Of a stretch of DNA of 64,000 nucleotides, positions 33,801 to 44,334 are shown piece after piece. The notes beneath the pieces were generated by a model. It did not search any database. It was given only the letters and a program-made list of their open reading frames with translations, and had not been told where the DNA came from. Where the stretch lies: assembly GCA_021799445.1 (NCBI GenBank), contig JAJZAM010000003.1, positions 596-64,595 on the forward strand. Direction: 5' to 3'. The number at the start of each line of letters is the position of its first letter. Within the stretch, counting starts at the first letter, position 1. The position numbers were made by a program, and so were the translations under genes. The DNA is from Actinomycetes bacterium. GTDB lineage: Bacteria; Actinomycetota; Acidimicrobiia; Acidimicrobiales; Palsa-688.

Positions 33801-35090
33801 CCGGCCGTGCACGTACCGGGCCCACCAAGGTCCGATGTCGAGCCCGGACCAGGCTTTGAGGTGCGCTGCGAGACCGTCGGTGGTGACCATCTTCCCGGCG
33901 TTCGCACGGTACCAGTCGGCGAGCGCCGCCCTCATCCTGTCCGCGCCGCCCATAAGGTGGGATATGGCGCCGATGAGCCGCGGACCTTCGCTGTAAGCGG
34001 CCGCCGGGGTGTGGCGGGACCAGGGGTGTGGCGGGTACAGCTCGACGGGGGGTTCGTCGAGGCTGAGCTCCTCGGTGAGGAACCGCGGCTGCTCGGCGCG
34101 CCGGCTGGAGGTCGACCACACCGCCAGAGCCTCGTCGATCCAGCCGTCGGACGCCCTTGCTGGTTTGACACCCCGTCCGAACCAGCTGTGGAAAACCTCG
34201 TGCTCAAGGGCTGCCACCGACGAGGTGGTCGCCCCGTCGTACTCCATTCCGCGGGTAGAGCCCCACAAGACCGCCCAGAAGGTGTCCCCGTGGGCCCACG
34301 GCTCGTAACGGGAAGCCAGGTAGGACAGCCATGCGCGCAGGTCGGCCTCGCAGGCCGCCAGGTCAGCTCCTGCGTCGTCTAGCTGGGCTACTACTAATCC
34401 CAGTGACCGGCTCCGGCCCGAGATTCTCAACGCCGAGCGTCTCGTTTCGAGGCGTTCGGCTGGGGCTATCACCAGCATCGGGGACAGGGCCGTGTAGTGA
34501 GCAGGGTAGACGAGGCTCCAGTGCCGTCCGCCCGGGCTTGCGTCAACCCCGGCGGTGTTAGCCAGAAGCTTGTGGGGCCTGTCGGCACCGTCGAGGGTCA
34601 CGTCGAGATGAAGAGCGAAACGGTCGTGGACGAGCGGTGCCGGCACCCACATCTCCAGGTAGCGTCCAGGGTAGAGGTCCGACATCCAAAAGTCGAAGTC
34701 GACGCCTCCCCGGGTCCAGGCTATCGGCCTGGCGCCTTCGGCGTCGGGGGTTGCCAGCTCGTAGCCGACTTCGAGGCGGTGGCGGCTGCCCGCGGGAAGG
34801 GCGACGTCGAGCACTCGGGTGCGCGCCTCCCAGCCGGCTCCGAGGTCGGTAGGAGCGAAAGCGTCGGTGGAGATGTTCTTGGAGTCGAGACGAACCCACA
34901 GAAGCTCCTGGCGCAGGTCAAGCGCGGGCTTCCCGTCGAAGTCGCCGGTGGTGAAATCCACGGTGGCTACGGCCCGGGCTTCGCTGGCTTCGACGTCGAA
35001 GTGCAGTTGGGCGCGGATCTCTGACACCCTGGGGGCGACAGCATTCGACGCCCCCAGCGGTGCCGGGGGAGGAGCGAAGGCGTGAGGCAT
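33795..35090 (-). CDS. M1-type (gluzincin) zinc metallopeptidase
   Basis: HEVFH followed by exactly 18 residues then E (ALEHEVFHSWFGRGVKPARASDGWIDEAL). I placed the start at the ATG at 35090; an alternative ATG is at 35150, and the track ORF to 35384 would overlap rplC. Confidence 0.7.
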   Translation of the reverse strand: MPHAFAPPPAPLGASNAVAPRVSEIRAQLHFDVEASEARAVATVDFTTGDFDGKPALDLRQELLWVRLDSKNISTDAFAPTDLGAGWEARTRVLDVALPAGSRHRLEVGYELATPDAEGARPIAWTRGGVDFDFWMSDLYPGRYLEMWVPAPLVHDRFALHLDVTLDGADRPHKLLANTAGVDASPGGRHWSLVYPAHYTALSPMLVIAPAERLETRRSALRISGRSRSLGLVVAQLDDAGADLAACEADLRAWLSYLASRYEPWAHGDTFWAVLWGSTRGMEYDGATTSSVAALEHEVFHSWFGRGVKPARASDGWIDEALAVWSTSSRRAEQPRFLTEELSLDEPPVELYPPHPWSRHTPAAAYSEGPRLIGAISHLMGGADRMRAALADWYRANAGKMVTTDGLAAHLKAWSGLDIGPWWARYVHGRD

Positions 35091-35321
35091 CTTCCAAGTC
35101 TGGCCGAAACCAGCGCCGGCCCGCGCCGTAATCGGCCGAGGCGGGCGCATGGCGCGCGAGTCGTGCGGGGAGGCTATACTTTGGTTTCGTCGTAACAACG
35201 GTGTCCGCGTGTGTCCGACGCCACATTCGCCCGCTAGCGGGTTGATGTAGCTGAGGAGACCCCGCGGCGAAGTCATTTTTCGAGTGCTCCGCCAGGTTCG
35301 CTGTGCGGAGCATCCGCGTGT

Positions 35322-35348
35322 GAGGCGGGCCTTGAAACAGCCCGCCTC
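35322..35348 (+). promoter_or_regulatory. stem-loop in the rplC leader
   Basis: GAGGCGGGC-CTTGAAACA-GCCCGCCTC, 30 nt upstream of the rplC GTG. Confidence 0.3.
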
Positions 35349-35377
35349 CGCCACGAGCCCCAGGAAAGAGTCCAGCT

Positions 35378-36022
35378 GTGCCATCCAAAGCGATAGTCGG
35401 CGAGAAAGTCGGCATGAGCCAGGTGTGGGACGACCAGAACCGCGTGATAGCGGTCACGGTCGTCCGGGTAGACCCGGTGCGTGTCGTAGCTGTCAAGACC
35501 CCCGAGCGCGACGGTTACCGCGCCCTCCAGGTCACCTACGGCCAGAAGAAGGCGCAGAGGCTCAACAAGCCCGAAGCCGGACACTTCGCAGCCGCGGGCG
35601 TCGACCCGGGTAAGCGCCTCGTCGAGCTACGCATCGACGACACCGACGGCATAGGGGTCGGAGACGAGATCACCCTCGAAGTCCTCGCCGCCGGCGACAA
35701 AGTCGACGTGACCGCCGTGAGCAAAGGCAAAGGCTTCGCCGGTGGCATGAAGCGCTACAACTTCTCCGGCCAGGGCGCCAGTCACGGTAACCACAAGCAC
35801 CACAGGGCCCCCGGCTCGGTCGGGGCGTGCGCCACGCCGGCCAGGGTGTTCAAAGGAACCCGGATGGCCGGCCAGTACGGGTCCGGCAACGTGACCACCC
35901 TCAACCTCGAGGTCGTAAAGGCGGACACGGAGCGTAACCTTCTGCTGCTCAAAGGGGCGGTGCCCGGACCACGTGGTGGAATGGTCGTCATCCGGGACGC
36001 GATCAAAGGAGGTAAGCGATGA
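35378..36022 (+). CDS. rplC: 50S ribosomal protein L3
   Basis: ..GEKVGMSQVWD...VSKGKGFAGGMKRYNFSGQGASHGNHKHHRAPGSVGA..; GTG start. Confidence 0.97.
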   Translation: MPSKAIVGEKVGMSQVWDDQNRVIAVTVVRVDPVRVVAVKTPERDGYRALQVTYGQKKAQRLNKPEAGHFAAAGVDPGKRLVELRIDDTDGIGVGDEITLEVLAAGDKVDVTAVSKGKGFAGGMKRYNFSGQGASHGNHKHHRAPGSVGACATPARVFKGTRMAGQYGSGNVTTLNLEVVKADTERNLLLLKGAVPGPRGGMVVIRDAIKGGKR

Positions 36023-36768
36023 CCCTCACAGTAGAGCGTCGCTTCGTCACCGGCGAGGTCGACGGGACCGTCGAACTGGACGAGACCGTCTTCGGCGTGG
36101 AGGCGAACGTCCCTCTCCTCCACCAGGTCGTCACCGCCCAGCTCGCCGCTGCCCGCGCAGGGACGCAGTCCACCAAGACCAGGGCCGAAGTGTCCGGGGG
36201 CGGCAAGAAGCCTTTCAAGCAGAAAGGCACCGGCAGAGCCCGCCAAGGCTCCGAGCGAGCCCCGCACTTCACCGGTGGGGGCGTGGCATTAGGTCCCAAG
36301 CCCCGCAGCTACCGCCAACGGACGCCGCGCAAGATGGTTCGCCTCGCCCTCCGCTGCGCCCTGTCGGACAGGGCCGCACAGGGTCGGGTGGCGGTGGTCG
36401 ACCGCTGGCCGTGGGAGACGCCGAGCACTAAGGAAGCCCGGTCGGCTCTCGCAACGCTCGGCCTGGACGGCAAGGTTCTCGTCGTGCTCAGCCGGGCCGA
36501 CGAAGCTGCATACCGTTCGTTTCGTAACCTGCCCGACGTGCAGGTGATCCTCGACGGCGAGCTCAACGCCTACGACGTTTTGTGCAACGACTGGATCGTC
36601 TTCACCGCGGCAACCCTCCCAGCTCCGGCTGACCGCTCGGTGCCGGTTCCGAGCCCGACGCTGGCAGCCCCTGGCGTTTCGTCACTCCCGGAGGGACCGG
36701 CCCCAGATCTACAGCCAGCAGCGTCGCAGGACGCCAGTCAAGACGCCGAGGAGGCGGGAGATGAGTGA
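36019..36768 (+). CDS. rplD: 50S ribosomal protein L4 (with a Pro/Ala/acidic C-terminal tail)
   Basis: ..[39 protein letters not shown]..; 249 aa. Confidence 0.96.
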   Translation: MTLTVERRFVTGEVDGTVELDETVFGVEANVPLLHQVVTAQLAAARAGTQSTKTRAEVSGGGKKPFKQKGTGRARQGSERAPHFTGGGVALGPKPRSYRQRTPRKMVRLALRCALSDRAAQGRVAVVDRWPWETPSTKEARSALATLGLDGKVLVVLSRADEAAYRSFRNLPDVQVILDGELNAYDVLCNDWIVFTAATLPAPADRSVPVPSPTLAAPGVSSLPEGPAPDLQPAASQDASQDAEEAGDE

Positions 36769-37054
36769 TCCCCGGGACGTGATCCTACGCCCGGTCGTGT
36801 CGGAGAAGTCCTACGGCCTGATCGACGCCGGGGTGTACACGTTCGTGGTGGCGCGCAGCGCTGACAAGCCCGCTATACGCCGTGCCGTCGAGTCGATCTT
36901 CGCCGTGAACGTCGTGAAGGTGAACACCTTGAACCGGCCGGGCAAGCGCAAACGCAACAGAGGCAAGCCGACTTTCGGCAAGCGGGCCGATACAAAACGA
37001 GCGGTCGTGACCCTCGCCCCCGGCCAGAGCGTTCCGATCTTCGAGGGGAACTGA
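36761..37054 (+). CDS. rplW: 50S ribosomal protein L23
   Basis: [15 protein letters not shown]...[15 protein letters not shown]. Confidence 0.96.
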   Translation: MSDPRDVILRPVVSEKSYGLIDAGVYTFVVARSADKPAIRRAVESIFAVNVVKVNTLNRPGKRKRNRGKPTFGKRADTKRAVVTLAPGQSVPIFEGN

Positions 37055-37055
37055 A

Positions 37056-37892
37056 GTGGCTTTGCGAAAGCGTAAACCTACCAGCGCAGGTCGGCGGTTC
37101 CAGACCGTCTCCGACTTCGCCGAGATAACAAAGACACAGCCCGAGAAGTCCCTCCTGGCGCCCAAGTCCGGCACCGGTGGGCGCAACTCCTACGGGCGCA
37201 AAACCGCCCGGCACAAGGGTGGCGGCCATAAGCAGCAGTACCGGATCGTCGACTTCAAGCGCACCAAGGACGGCGTTCCCGCCACGGTCGCAGCGATCGA
37301 GTACGACCCGAACCGCAACGCCCGCATCGCTTTACTCCACTACCACGACGGAGAGAAGCGCTACATCCTCGCCCCGGCGAAAGTGTCGGTGGGCGACCGC
37401 ATCCAAAGCGGCCCCGGAGCCGACATCCGGCCGGGTAACGCCCTTCCCATGCGCTTCATACCGGTCGGTTCGGTAGTCCACAACGTCGAGCTCAAGCCGG
37501 GCGGCGGCGGCAAGATCGCCCGGGGCGCCGGCATGAGCGTGCAGCTGGTCGCCAAGGAAGGCGACTTCGCCACTTTGCGGTTGCCTTCCACCGAGATGCG
37601 CAGGGTTCCGATCGACTGCCGGGCAACCCTGGGCGAGGTCGGCAACTCCGAGGCGGAGCTGGTGAGCATCGGCAAAGCCGGCCGTAACCGCTGGAAGGGT
37701 GTACGCCCCCAAACTCGCGGTGTAGCCATGAACCCGGTCGACCACCCGCTGGGCGGTGGCGAGGGCAAAACGTCAGGCGGCCGCCATCCTGTGTCGCCGT
37801 GGGGTAAGCCGGAAGGTCGCACCAGAGACCGCACCAAGCCATCAGAGAAGCTAATCGTCCGCCGCCGGCGCACCCGCGGCGCCCGGAGGTAG
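37056..37892 (+). CDS. rplB: 50S ribosomal protein L2
   Basis: ..[18 protein letters not shown]...[26 protein letters not shown]. Confidence 0.98.
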   Translation: MALRKRKPTSAGRRFQTVSDFAEITKTQPEKSLLAPKSGTGGRNSYGRKTARHKGGGHKQQYRIVDFKRTKDGVPATVAAIEYDPNRNARIALLHYHDGEKRYILAPAKVSVGDRIQSGPGADIRPGNALPMRFIPVGSVVHNVELKPGGGGKIARGAGMSVQLVAKEGDFATLRLPSTEMRRVPIDCRATLGEVGNSEAELVSIGKAGRNRWKGVRPQTRGVAMNPVDHPLGGGEGKTSGGRHPVSPWGKPEGRTRDRTKPSEKLIVRRRRTRGARR

Positions 37893-37900
37893 ATCGACAA

Positions 37901-38179
37901 ATGCCGCGCAGCCTGAAAAAAGGTCCCTTCGTCGACGACCACCTACTCAAAAAAGTCGACGACCTGAACTCCCGCTCCGAGAAGCGGGTGATCAAGACGT
38001 GGTCTCGACGTTCGACGATCATCCCCGACATGGTCGGCCACACGATCGCCGTGCACGACGGGCGCAAGCACATTCCCGTGTACATAACCGAGTCGATGGT
38101 CGGCCACAAGCTCGGGGAGTTCGCTCCCACCCGCACCTTCCGCTACCACGCCGGCCAGGAGAGGCAGGGTAAGCGCTGA
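37901..38179 (+). CDS. rpsS: 30S ribosomal protein S19
   Basis: [19 protein letters not shown]...[35 protein letters not shown]. Confidence 0.98.
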   Translation: MPRSLKKGPFVDDHLLKKVDDLNSRSEKRVIKTWSRRSTIIPDMVGHTIAVHDGRKHIPVYITESMVGHKLGEFAPTRTFRYHAGQERQGKR

Positions 38180-38877
38180 TGACCGGGCCGAAAACCAACG
38201 AACGCGAAGGCACCAGGGCGGTCCTGCGCAACGCCCACATGTCCGCTTACAAAGTTCGGGAGGTCCTCGACCTGGTCCGGGGCCTTCCCGTCCAAGAGGC
38301 CGCCGACGTGTTGAGGTTCTCCGAACGCGACGCCGCCCGCACCGTAGGCAAGCTCCTAGCGTCGGCCGTTGCCAACGCGGAGAACAACGACGAACTGGAC
38401 CCCGAGTCGCTGTACGTGTCCGCCTGCTACGCCGACGAGGGGACCACCGCCAAGAGGTGGCGTCCGAGGGCCCGAGGGCGGGCAACTCGTATCCGCAAGC
38501 GCACCAGCCACATAACCGTGATCGTCAGCCTGCTAGAAGGCGACGACTTGGAAAGGGTCCGCTCTCACAGGCGGGCCGAGCAGCTGGCCCAGCGAGCGCG
38601 GCGCGTCGCCGGTGCTCGCCGGTCGAGCGACGACACCCGAAACAGGGCCGACCGCCGTCGCGGCGCCCCTGTCGAGGCCCCCACAGAGGAGGCCCCCACT
38701 GAGGATGCCCCCACTGAGGATGCTCCGGTCGCCGAACAAGCCGACAGCCCCGGTGCAGAGCAACAACCCGAGGCCGCAGAACCAACTGATGCCGGCGACG
38801 GCGACGGATCGGACGCGCAAGCCGTAAGCAGCGACGCCTCCGGCCCGCAAGACACCGAAGAGGGAGACGACAACTAG
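38179..38877 (+). CDS. rplV: 50S ribosomal protein L22 with an about 100-aa acidic repeat tail
   Basis: The N-terminal 130 aa are L22-like (AVLRNAHMSAYKVREVLDLVRG...KRTSHITVIV). The tail contains EAPTEEAPTEDAPTEDAP. Confidence 0.95.
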   Translation: MTGPKTNEREGTRAVLRNAHMSAYKVREVLDLVRGLPVQEAADVLRFSERDAARTVGKLLASAVANAENNDELDPESLYVSACYADEGTTAKRWRPRARGRATRIRKRTSHITVIVSLLEGDDLERVRSHRRAEQLAQRARRVAGARRSSDDTRNRADRRRGAPVEAPTEEAPTEDAPTEDAPVAEQADSPGAEQQPEAAEPTDAGDGDGSDAQAVSSDASGPQDTEEGDDN

Positions 38878-39810
38878 ATGGGCCAGAAGGTCAACCCCTA
38901 CGGGTTCCGCCTCGGCGTTACAACGGACTGGAAATCCCGCTGGTTCAACGACCGCGACTACCAGGACTACCTCGTCGAAGACTGGAAGATCCGCGACTAC
39001 CTCAACCGTCAGCTTGAGCGGGCGGCTGTGAGCCGGATCGAGATCGAACGCACCCGGGACCGGCTTCGAATCGACCTTCACACGGCACGCCCGGGGATCG
39101 TGATCGGTCGGAAAGGCGCCGAGGCGGACCGGCTTCGGACCAAGCTCGCCGAGATGACGAAGAACCCGAAAGTCCAGCTGAACATCCAGGAGATCAAGCA
39201 GCCAGAGCTCGACGCGGCGCTGATGGCGCAGGGCATCGCCGACCAGCTAGCCGGTCGTGTCAGCTTCCGCCGAGCGATGAAGAGGACGGTTCAGACAGTC
39301 CAAAAGGCCGGTGCTCTGGGGATTCGCGTCCAGTGCGCCGGTCGCCTCGGCGGGGCGGAGATGTCCCGGCGTGAGTTCTACCGCGAAGGCCGGGTGCCGC
39401 TGCACACCCTGCGGGCTGACATCGACTACGGCTTTCGCGAGGCAAAGACCACCTACGGGCGTATAGGCGTCAAAGTGTGGATCTACAAGGGCGACATCCT
39501 CCCCTACAAGGTGTCCAGCGAGGAGAAGATAAGCCGCGAGGCGGCCATGGCCGTGGGCGAGACGTCCGGGCAGGTCAAGCCGCGCAGGGTGGTCACAGCT
39601 GGCGGGGGACGCCGTCGCGCCGAAGGAGTGGACACTGGCGCGCTGGTACCCGCTCAGGCGGCCCCGGCCGAGACGCCAGACGCCCGTGAGGCAGATCCGA
39701 TAGTCGCCGTAGACCCTGAGCTCGAACGCCTCCTCGCCGAGGAGGAGGACATCGAGCGTCGCACAAGGGGCGACCACCACGAACCCCCTCATTTTCCTAA
39801 GGACCTGTAG
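38878..39810 (+). CDS. rpsC: 30S ribosomal protein S3 (extended C-terminus)
   Basis: [23 protein letters not shown]...; 310 aa. Confidence 0.97.
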   Translation: MGQKVNPYGFRLGVTTDWKSRWFNDRDYQDYLVEDWKIRDYLNRQLERAAVSRIEIERTRDRLRIDLHTARPGIVIGRKGAEADRLRTKLAEMTKNPKVQLNIQEIKQPELDAALMAQGIADQLAGRVSFRRAMKRTVQTVQKAGALGIRVQCAGRLGGAEMSRREFYREGRVPLHTLRADIDYGFREAKTTYGRIGVKVWIYKGDILPYKVSSEEKISREAAMAVGETSGQVKPRRVVTAGGGRRRAEGVDTGALVPAQAAPAETPDAREADPIVAVDPELERLLAEEEDIERRTRGDHHEPPHFPKDL

Positions 39811-39812
39811 CC

Positions 39813-40244
39813 ATGTTGATGCCACGCAAGGTCAAGCACCGTAAAGTCCAGCGGGGCCGTCTCACCGGCCAGGCTAAAGGCGGGACGACCGTGAACTTCG
39901 GCGAGTATGGGATCCAAGCGCTCGAGCCGGGCTGGATCACCGCTCGCCAGATAGAAGCAGCCCGTATCGCCATGACCCGTCACGTCCGCCGTGGCGGCAA
40001 AGTCTGGATCCGAGTGTTCCCGGACAAGCCGGTGACCGCCAAGCCCGCAGAGACCCGCATGGGTTCGGGTAAAGGCAACCCAGAGTTCTGGGTGGCTGTC
40101 GTCAAGCCCGGGAGGATCCTCTTCGAGCTCGGCGGCGTGAGCGAAGCCCTGAGCCGTTCGGCGCTTGAGCGGGCAGTGCAAAAACTGCCCATCAAAGCCC
40201 GTGTCGTCGCCCGGGCGTCCCAGGAGGAGGTGGAGGTCGGATGA
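39813..40244 (+). CDS. rplP: 50S ribosomal protein L16
   Basis: [19 protein letters not shown]...[29 protein letters not shown]. Confidence 0.98.
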   Translation: MLMPRKVKHRKVQRGRLTGQAKGGTTVNFGEYGIQALEPGWITARQIEAARIAMTRHVRRGGKVWIRVFPDKPVTAKPAETRMGSGKGNPEFWVAVVKPGRILFELGGVSEALSRSALERAVQKLPIKARVVARASQEEVEVG

Positions 40245-40462
40245 CGAAGCCGTCCGAACTGCGGGAGCTTACCCAGGTCGAGTTGGCGCAGAAGCTCCTC
40301 GAAGCAAAGCACGAGCATTTCAACCTGCGTTTCCAGCTTGCGACCGGCAAGCAGGACAACTCGGCCAGGATCGGCCAGGTCAAAAAAGAAGCCGCCCGCA
40401 TCGCGACGATCATGCGCGAGCGGGAGATCCAAGCCGCCGAGAAGGCGGAGGAGAAAATCTGA
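40241..40462 (+). CDS. rpmC: 50S ribosomal protein L29
   Basis: ..[32 protein letters not shown]..; 73 aa. Confidence 0.95.
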   Translation: MTKPSELRELTQVELAQKLLEAKHEHFNLRFQLATGKQDNSARIGQVKKEAARIATIMREREIQAAEKAEEKI

Positions 40463-40761
40463 TGTCGGAACCCACAGCACCAGAGGCCGATCGCGCGGTC
40501 AGCGCCGATAGACCGAACCGTCGCAAGATACGTGAAGGTCTGGTCATATCTGTGAAGATGGAAAAGACAGCCGTGGTCGGCGTCGTAGAACGAGTGCGCC
40601 ACCCCCGCTACGCCAAGACGGTGCAGCGGACGAAACGCCTTTACGCAGAGCACTCCGACGAAGCCCTCAAACCCGGCGACCGTGTCCGCCTGGCCGAGAC
40701 GCGCCCCATTTCGAAGTTGAAGAGGTGGCGTGTGGTGGAAGTCCTGGAGAGAGCCAAATGA
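40462..40761 (+). CDS. rpsQ: 30S ribosomal protein S17
   Basis: The ATG at 40462 overlaps the rpmC stop (TGATG). ..[41 protein letters not shown]... Confidence 0.95.
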   Translation: MSEPTAPEADRAVSADRPNRRKIREGLVISVKMEKTAVVGVVERVRHPRYAKTVQRTKRLYAEHSDEALKPGDRVRLAETRPISKLKRWRVVEVLERAK

Positions 40762-41126
40762 TCCAGCAGGAGAGCCGCCTTCGCGTAGCGGACAACTCGG
40801 GGGCGAAAGAGGTGCTGTGCATCAAGGTGCTCGGAGGTTCGAGACGCCGTTACGCGTCGATCGGTGACGTGTTCGTAGCGACGGTCAAAGACGCTATCCC
40901 CGGTGCGAACGTGAAGAAGGGCGACGTCGTCAAGTGCGTCGTCGTGAGGACGAAGAAAGAAAAGCGCCGTCCCGACGGCAGCTACATCCGCTTCGACGAG
41001 AACGCAGCCGTGTTGATCAACGACCAGCAGCAGCCCCGCGGAACCCGCATATTCGGGCCGGTCGGCCGTGAGCTGCGGGACAAGAAGTTCATGCGCATCA
41101 TTTCCCTCGCCCCGGAGGTGCTGTAG
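40758..41126 (+). CDS. rplN: 50S ribosomal protein L14
   Basis: [33 protein letters not shown]..; the ATG overlaps the rpsQ stop (ATGA). Confidence 0.98.
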   Translation: MIQQESRLRVADNSGAKEVLCIKVLGGSRRRYASIGDVFVATVKDAIPGANVKKGDVVKCVVVRTKKEKRRPDGSYIRFDENAAVLINDQQQPRGTRIFGPVGRELRDKKFMRIISLAPEVL

Positions 41127-41129
41127 GAC

Positions 41130-41447
41130 ATGGCAAGGTTGCGTAAAGGTGACGAAGTCGAGATTCTCTCCGGTAAGGAACGGACCAAGAGAGGGACGGT
41201 GATGCGCGTCCTGCCCAAGGGTGACAAGGTGATCGTCGAAGGAGTCAACGTCGCCAAGAAGCATCAGCGCCAAACCCAGGCGCGTGTGCAGGGAGGGATC
41301 ATCGACAAGGACATGCCCATCCGGGCGGCGTCGGTCGCGTTGGTATGCCCGAAAGACGGCGCGGTTCGGGTCGGCTTCGCTTACAAAACTGAGGGAGACA
41401 GGCGTTCCAAGGTGAGGGTGTGCCGTAAGTGTGGGAGGGAGCTGTAA
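41130..41447 (+). CDS. rplX: 50S ribosomal protein L24
   Basis: ..LRKGDEVEILSGKERTKRGTVMRVLPKGDKVIVEGVNVAKKH... Confidence 0.96.
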   Translation: MARLRKGDEVEILSGKERTKRGTVMRVLPKGDKVIVEGVNVAKKHQRQTQARVQGGIIDKDMPIRAASVALVCPKDGAVRVGFAYKTEGDRRSKVRVCRKCGREL

Positions 41448-42035
<588 letters not shown>

Positions 42036-42051
42036 ACAGGGCGAGTAGAAG

Positions 42052-42237
42052 ATGGCCAAGAAGGCGCTAATCGTGAAAAGCCAGCGCAAGCCGAAGTTCA
42101 AGGTTCGTGGCTACACCCGCTGCAGGCGGTGCGGACGTCCGCACTCGGTGTTCCGTAAGTTCGGAATGTGCCGTATCTGCTTGCGCGAACTTGTGCACGC
42201 CGGTGAGGTCCCCGGTGTGACAAAGGCGAGCTGGTGA
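42052..42237 (+). CDS. rpsN: 30S ribosomal protein S14, short zinc-binding type
   Basis: 61 aa: [46 protein letters not shown] (CxxC..CxxC). Confidence 0.96.
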   Translation: MAKKALIVKSQRKPKFKVRGYTRCRRCGRPHSVFRKFGMCRICLRELVHAGEVPGVTKASW

Positions 42238-42250
42238 AAGGACCGCGCCG

Positions 42251-42655
42251 ATGACGATGACAGATCCGATAGCGGACATGCTCACCCGCATACGCAACGC
42301 CAACGTGGCGATGCACGACACGGTGCGTATGCCCTCGTCGAAACTGAAGGAGTCCCTCGCAGCAGTGCTCGTCAAGGAGGGCTACGTAGAGGGTTTCAGA
42401 GTTTCCGAAGCGGCCGACAGGCCAGGGAAGATCCTCGAGATCGACATGAAATACACCAAGGACCGCCGTAGGACCATCTCTGGGGTCCGGCGGGTTTCCA
42501 AGCCCGGACTTCGCGTCTACACGGCGGCCGACAAGCTCCCGAGAGTGCTCGGGGGTCTAGGCGTCGCCGTACTGTCAACCAGCCAAGGTCTCATGACCGA
42601 CCGGGAGGCGCGCAAGCGTCGCGTCGGTGGCGAGATCCTCTGCTACGTCTGGTAG
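42251..42655 (+). CDS. rpsH: 30S ribosomal protein S8
   Basis: [23 protein letters not shown].... Confidence 0.97.
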   Translation: MTMTDPIADMLTRIRNANVAMHDTVRMPSSKLKESLAAVLVKEGYVEGFRVSEAADRPGKILEIDMKYTKDRRRTISGVRRVSKPGLRVYTAADKLPRVLGGLGVAVLSTSQGLMTDREARKRRVGGEILCYVW

Positions 42656-42679
42656 CGCAACGAAAGAAAAAAGGATTCG

Positions 42680-43219
42680 ATGTCGCGTATAGGACGCTCC
42701 CCAATATCCATACCGCCCGGGGTCGAGGTAAGCCTCGAAGCAAACACGGTGACCGTCAAAGGCCCCAACGGGGTCCTGACCCGTCGCATCCCGGGGGAGA
42801 TCACGCTGCGCCAGGAAGGCTCGACGATTCTCGTCGAGCGGCCGAACGACGAACGCCAGAACCGGGCTCTGCACGGTCTCACCCGCAGCCTCGTGTCGAA
42901 CATGGTCACCGGGGTGACCGCAGGCTACGCAAAGAACCTCGACATCGTCGGCGTCGGATACCGGGCGATACCCAAAAGCCCCGGGCAGATCGAGCTGGCG
43001 CTGGGTTTCAGCCATCCGGTCATCGTCGACGCCCCCGCCGGTATCACCTTCGAGGTTCCCCAGCCGACGAGGATCTCGGTCAAGGGGATAGACAAGGAGC
43101 TGGTGGGCCAGGTGGCCGCGAACATTCGCAAGATCCGCAAGCCCGAACCCTACAAGGGCAAAGGGGTCCGCTACGAAGGTGAGCGGGTCCTGAGGAAAGC
43201 CGGGAAGGCAGCCAAGTAG
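42680..43219 (+). CDS. rplF: 50S ribosomal protein L6
   Basis: [31 protein letters not shown]... Confidence 0.97.
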   Translation: MSRIGRSPISIPPGVEVSLEANTVTVKGPNGVLTRRIPGEITLRQEGSTILVERPNDERQNRALHGLTRSLVSNMVTGVTAGYAKNLDIVGVGYRAIPKSPGQIELALGFSHPVIVDAPAGITFEVPQPTRISVKGIDKELVGQVAANIRKIRKPEPYKGKGVRYEGERVLRKAGKAAK

Positions 43220-43588
43220 ATGAGCTACTCCACGAAAGACAAGCAGCTAGCCAGGTCACGCAGGCACTTCCGTGTCCGCAAGAAGGTCGCTGGGACGCCG
43301 GAACGCCCCCGATTGGCTGTGTTCCGTTCGAACAAGCACATCTCGGCTCAGGTGATCGACGACCGCGCCGGGAGGACACTTGCGGCGGCGTCGACGGTCG
43401 AGTCGGCGGTGCGCAGCGCCGGGGGCACTTCCAACCGGTCAGGCGCTACCAGCGTCGGCCGTCTAGTCGCCGAACGGGCCAAAGCAGCCGGTGTCACCCA
43501 GGTCGTCTTCGACCGGGGAGGTTTCCAATATCACGGCCGGGTGGCCGCCCTAGCAGACGCGGCCCGCGAGGCCGGACTGGAGTTCTGA
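43220..43588 (+). CDS. rplR: 50S ribosomal protein L18
   Basis: ..[20 protein letters not shown]...[28 protein letters not shown]. Confidence 0.96.
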   Translation: MSYSTKDKQLARSRRHFRVRKKVAGTPERPRLAVFRSNKHISAQVIDDRAGRTLAAASTVESAVRSAGGTSNRSGATSVGRLVAERAKAAGVTQVVFDRGGFQYHGRVAALADAAREAGLEF

Positions 43589-43594
43589 GACACG

Positions 43595-44143
43595 ATGGCT
43601 GAGCAGGTATACGAAGACCGGACGATCAAGGTCAACCGTGTCGCGAAGGTCGTCAAAGGCGGGCGCCGTTTCTCCTTCGCCGCTCTCATGGTCATAGGCG
43701 ACGGCCGTGGAAGCGTCGGCCTCGGCTACGGCAAGGCCAAGGAGGCGGGCCTGGCGGTGCAGAAGGGCATCGAGGAAGCCAAGAAGAACCTTTTCACCGT
43801 CCCGCTCGCCGGGTCGACGATCACCCACCCTGTTCTGGGCGAGGCGGGCGCCGGCCGAGTTTTGCTCAAGCCCGCCGCCCCCGGTACCGGGGTCATCGCA
43901 GGAGGTGCCGCCAGGGCGATCCTGGAGATGGCCGGCATCCACGACATCCTCGCTAAGTCGCTCGGCTCGTCCAACAGCATCAACGTCGCTCAGGCGACGG
44001 TCGCCGGCCTCAAAGCTCTGAAGAGGCCCGACGAGGTAGCGGCCCTGCGTGGCCTGTCGGCTGAGGAGATCGTCCCGGGCGGGCTGTGGCGGGCCTACCA
44101 AGAAACCAAGAGGGGCCCGTTCGTTCCCCAGGAGGTGGCTTAA
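43595..44143 (+). CDS. rpsE: 30S ribosomal protein S5
   Basis: ..[38 protein letters not shown]... Confidence 0.97.
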   Translation: MAEQVYEDRTIKVNRVAKVVKGGRRFSFAALMVIGDGRGSVGLGYGKAKEAGLAVQKGIEEAKKNLFTVPLAGSTITHPVLGEAGAGRVLLKPAAPGTGVIAGGAARAILEMAGIHDILAKSLGSSNSINVAQATVAGLKALKRPDEVAALRGLSAEEIVPGGLWRAYQETKRGPFVPQEVA

Positions 44144-44145
44144 AC

Positions 44146-44334
44146 ATGCCGAAACTCGAAGTGACCCAGGTGAAGTCGTCCATCGGGACCAAGCCTAAGC
44201 ATCGCGGTACCCTGCGCGCTCTCGGGCTTCACGGGATCGGAACGTCGAACACCCTCGACGACCGACCTGAGGTGCGGGGAATGATCGCCAGGGTTCCCCA
44301 CCTGGTAAAAGTCGTCGAAGGGAGGGAATCCTGA
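44146..44334 (+). CDS. rpmD: 50S ribosomal protein L30
   Basis: MPKLEVTQVKSSIGTKPKHRGTLRALGLHGIGTSN..; internal ATG of the 44086 ORF, 2 nt after the rpsE stop. Confidence 0.93.
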   Translation: MPKLEVTQVKSSIGTKPKHRGTLRALGLHGIGTSNTLDDRPEVRGMIARVPHLVKVVEGRES

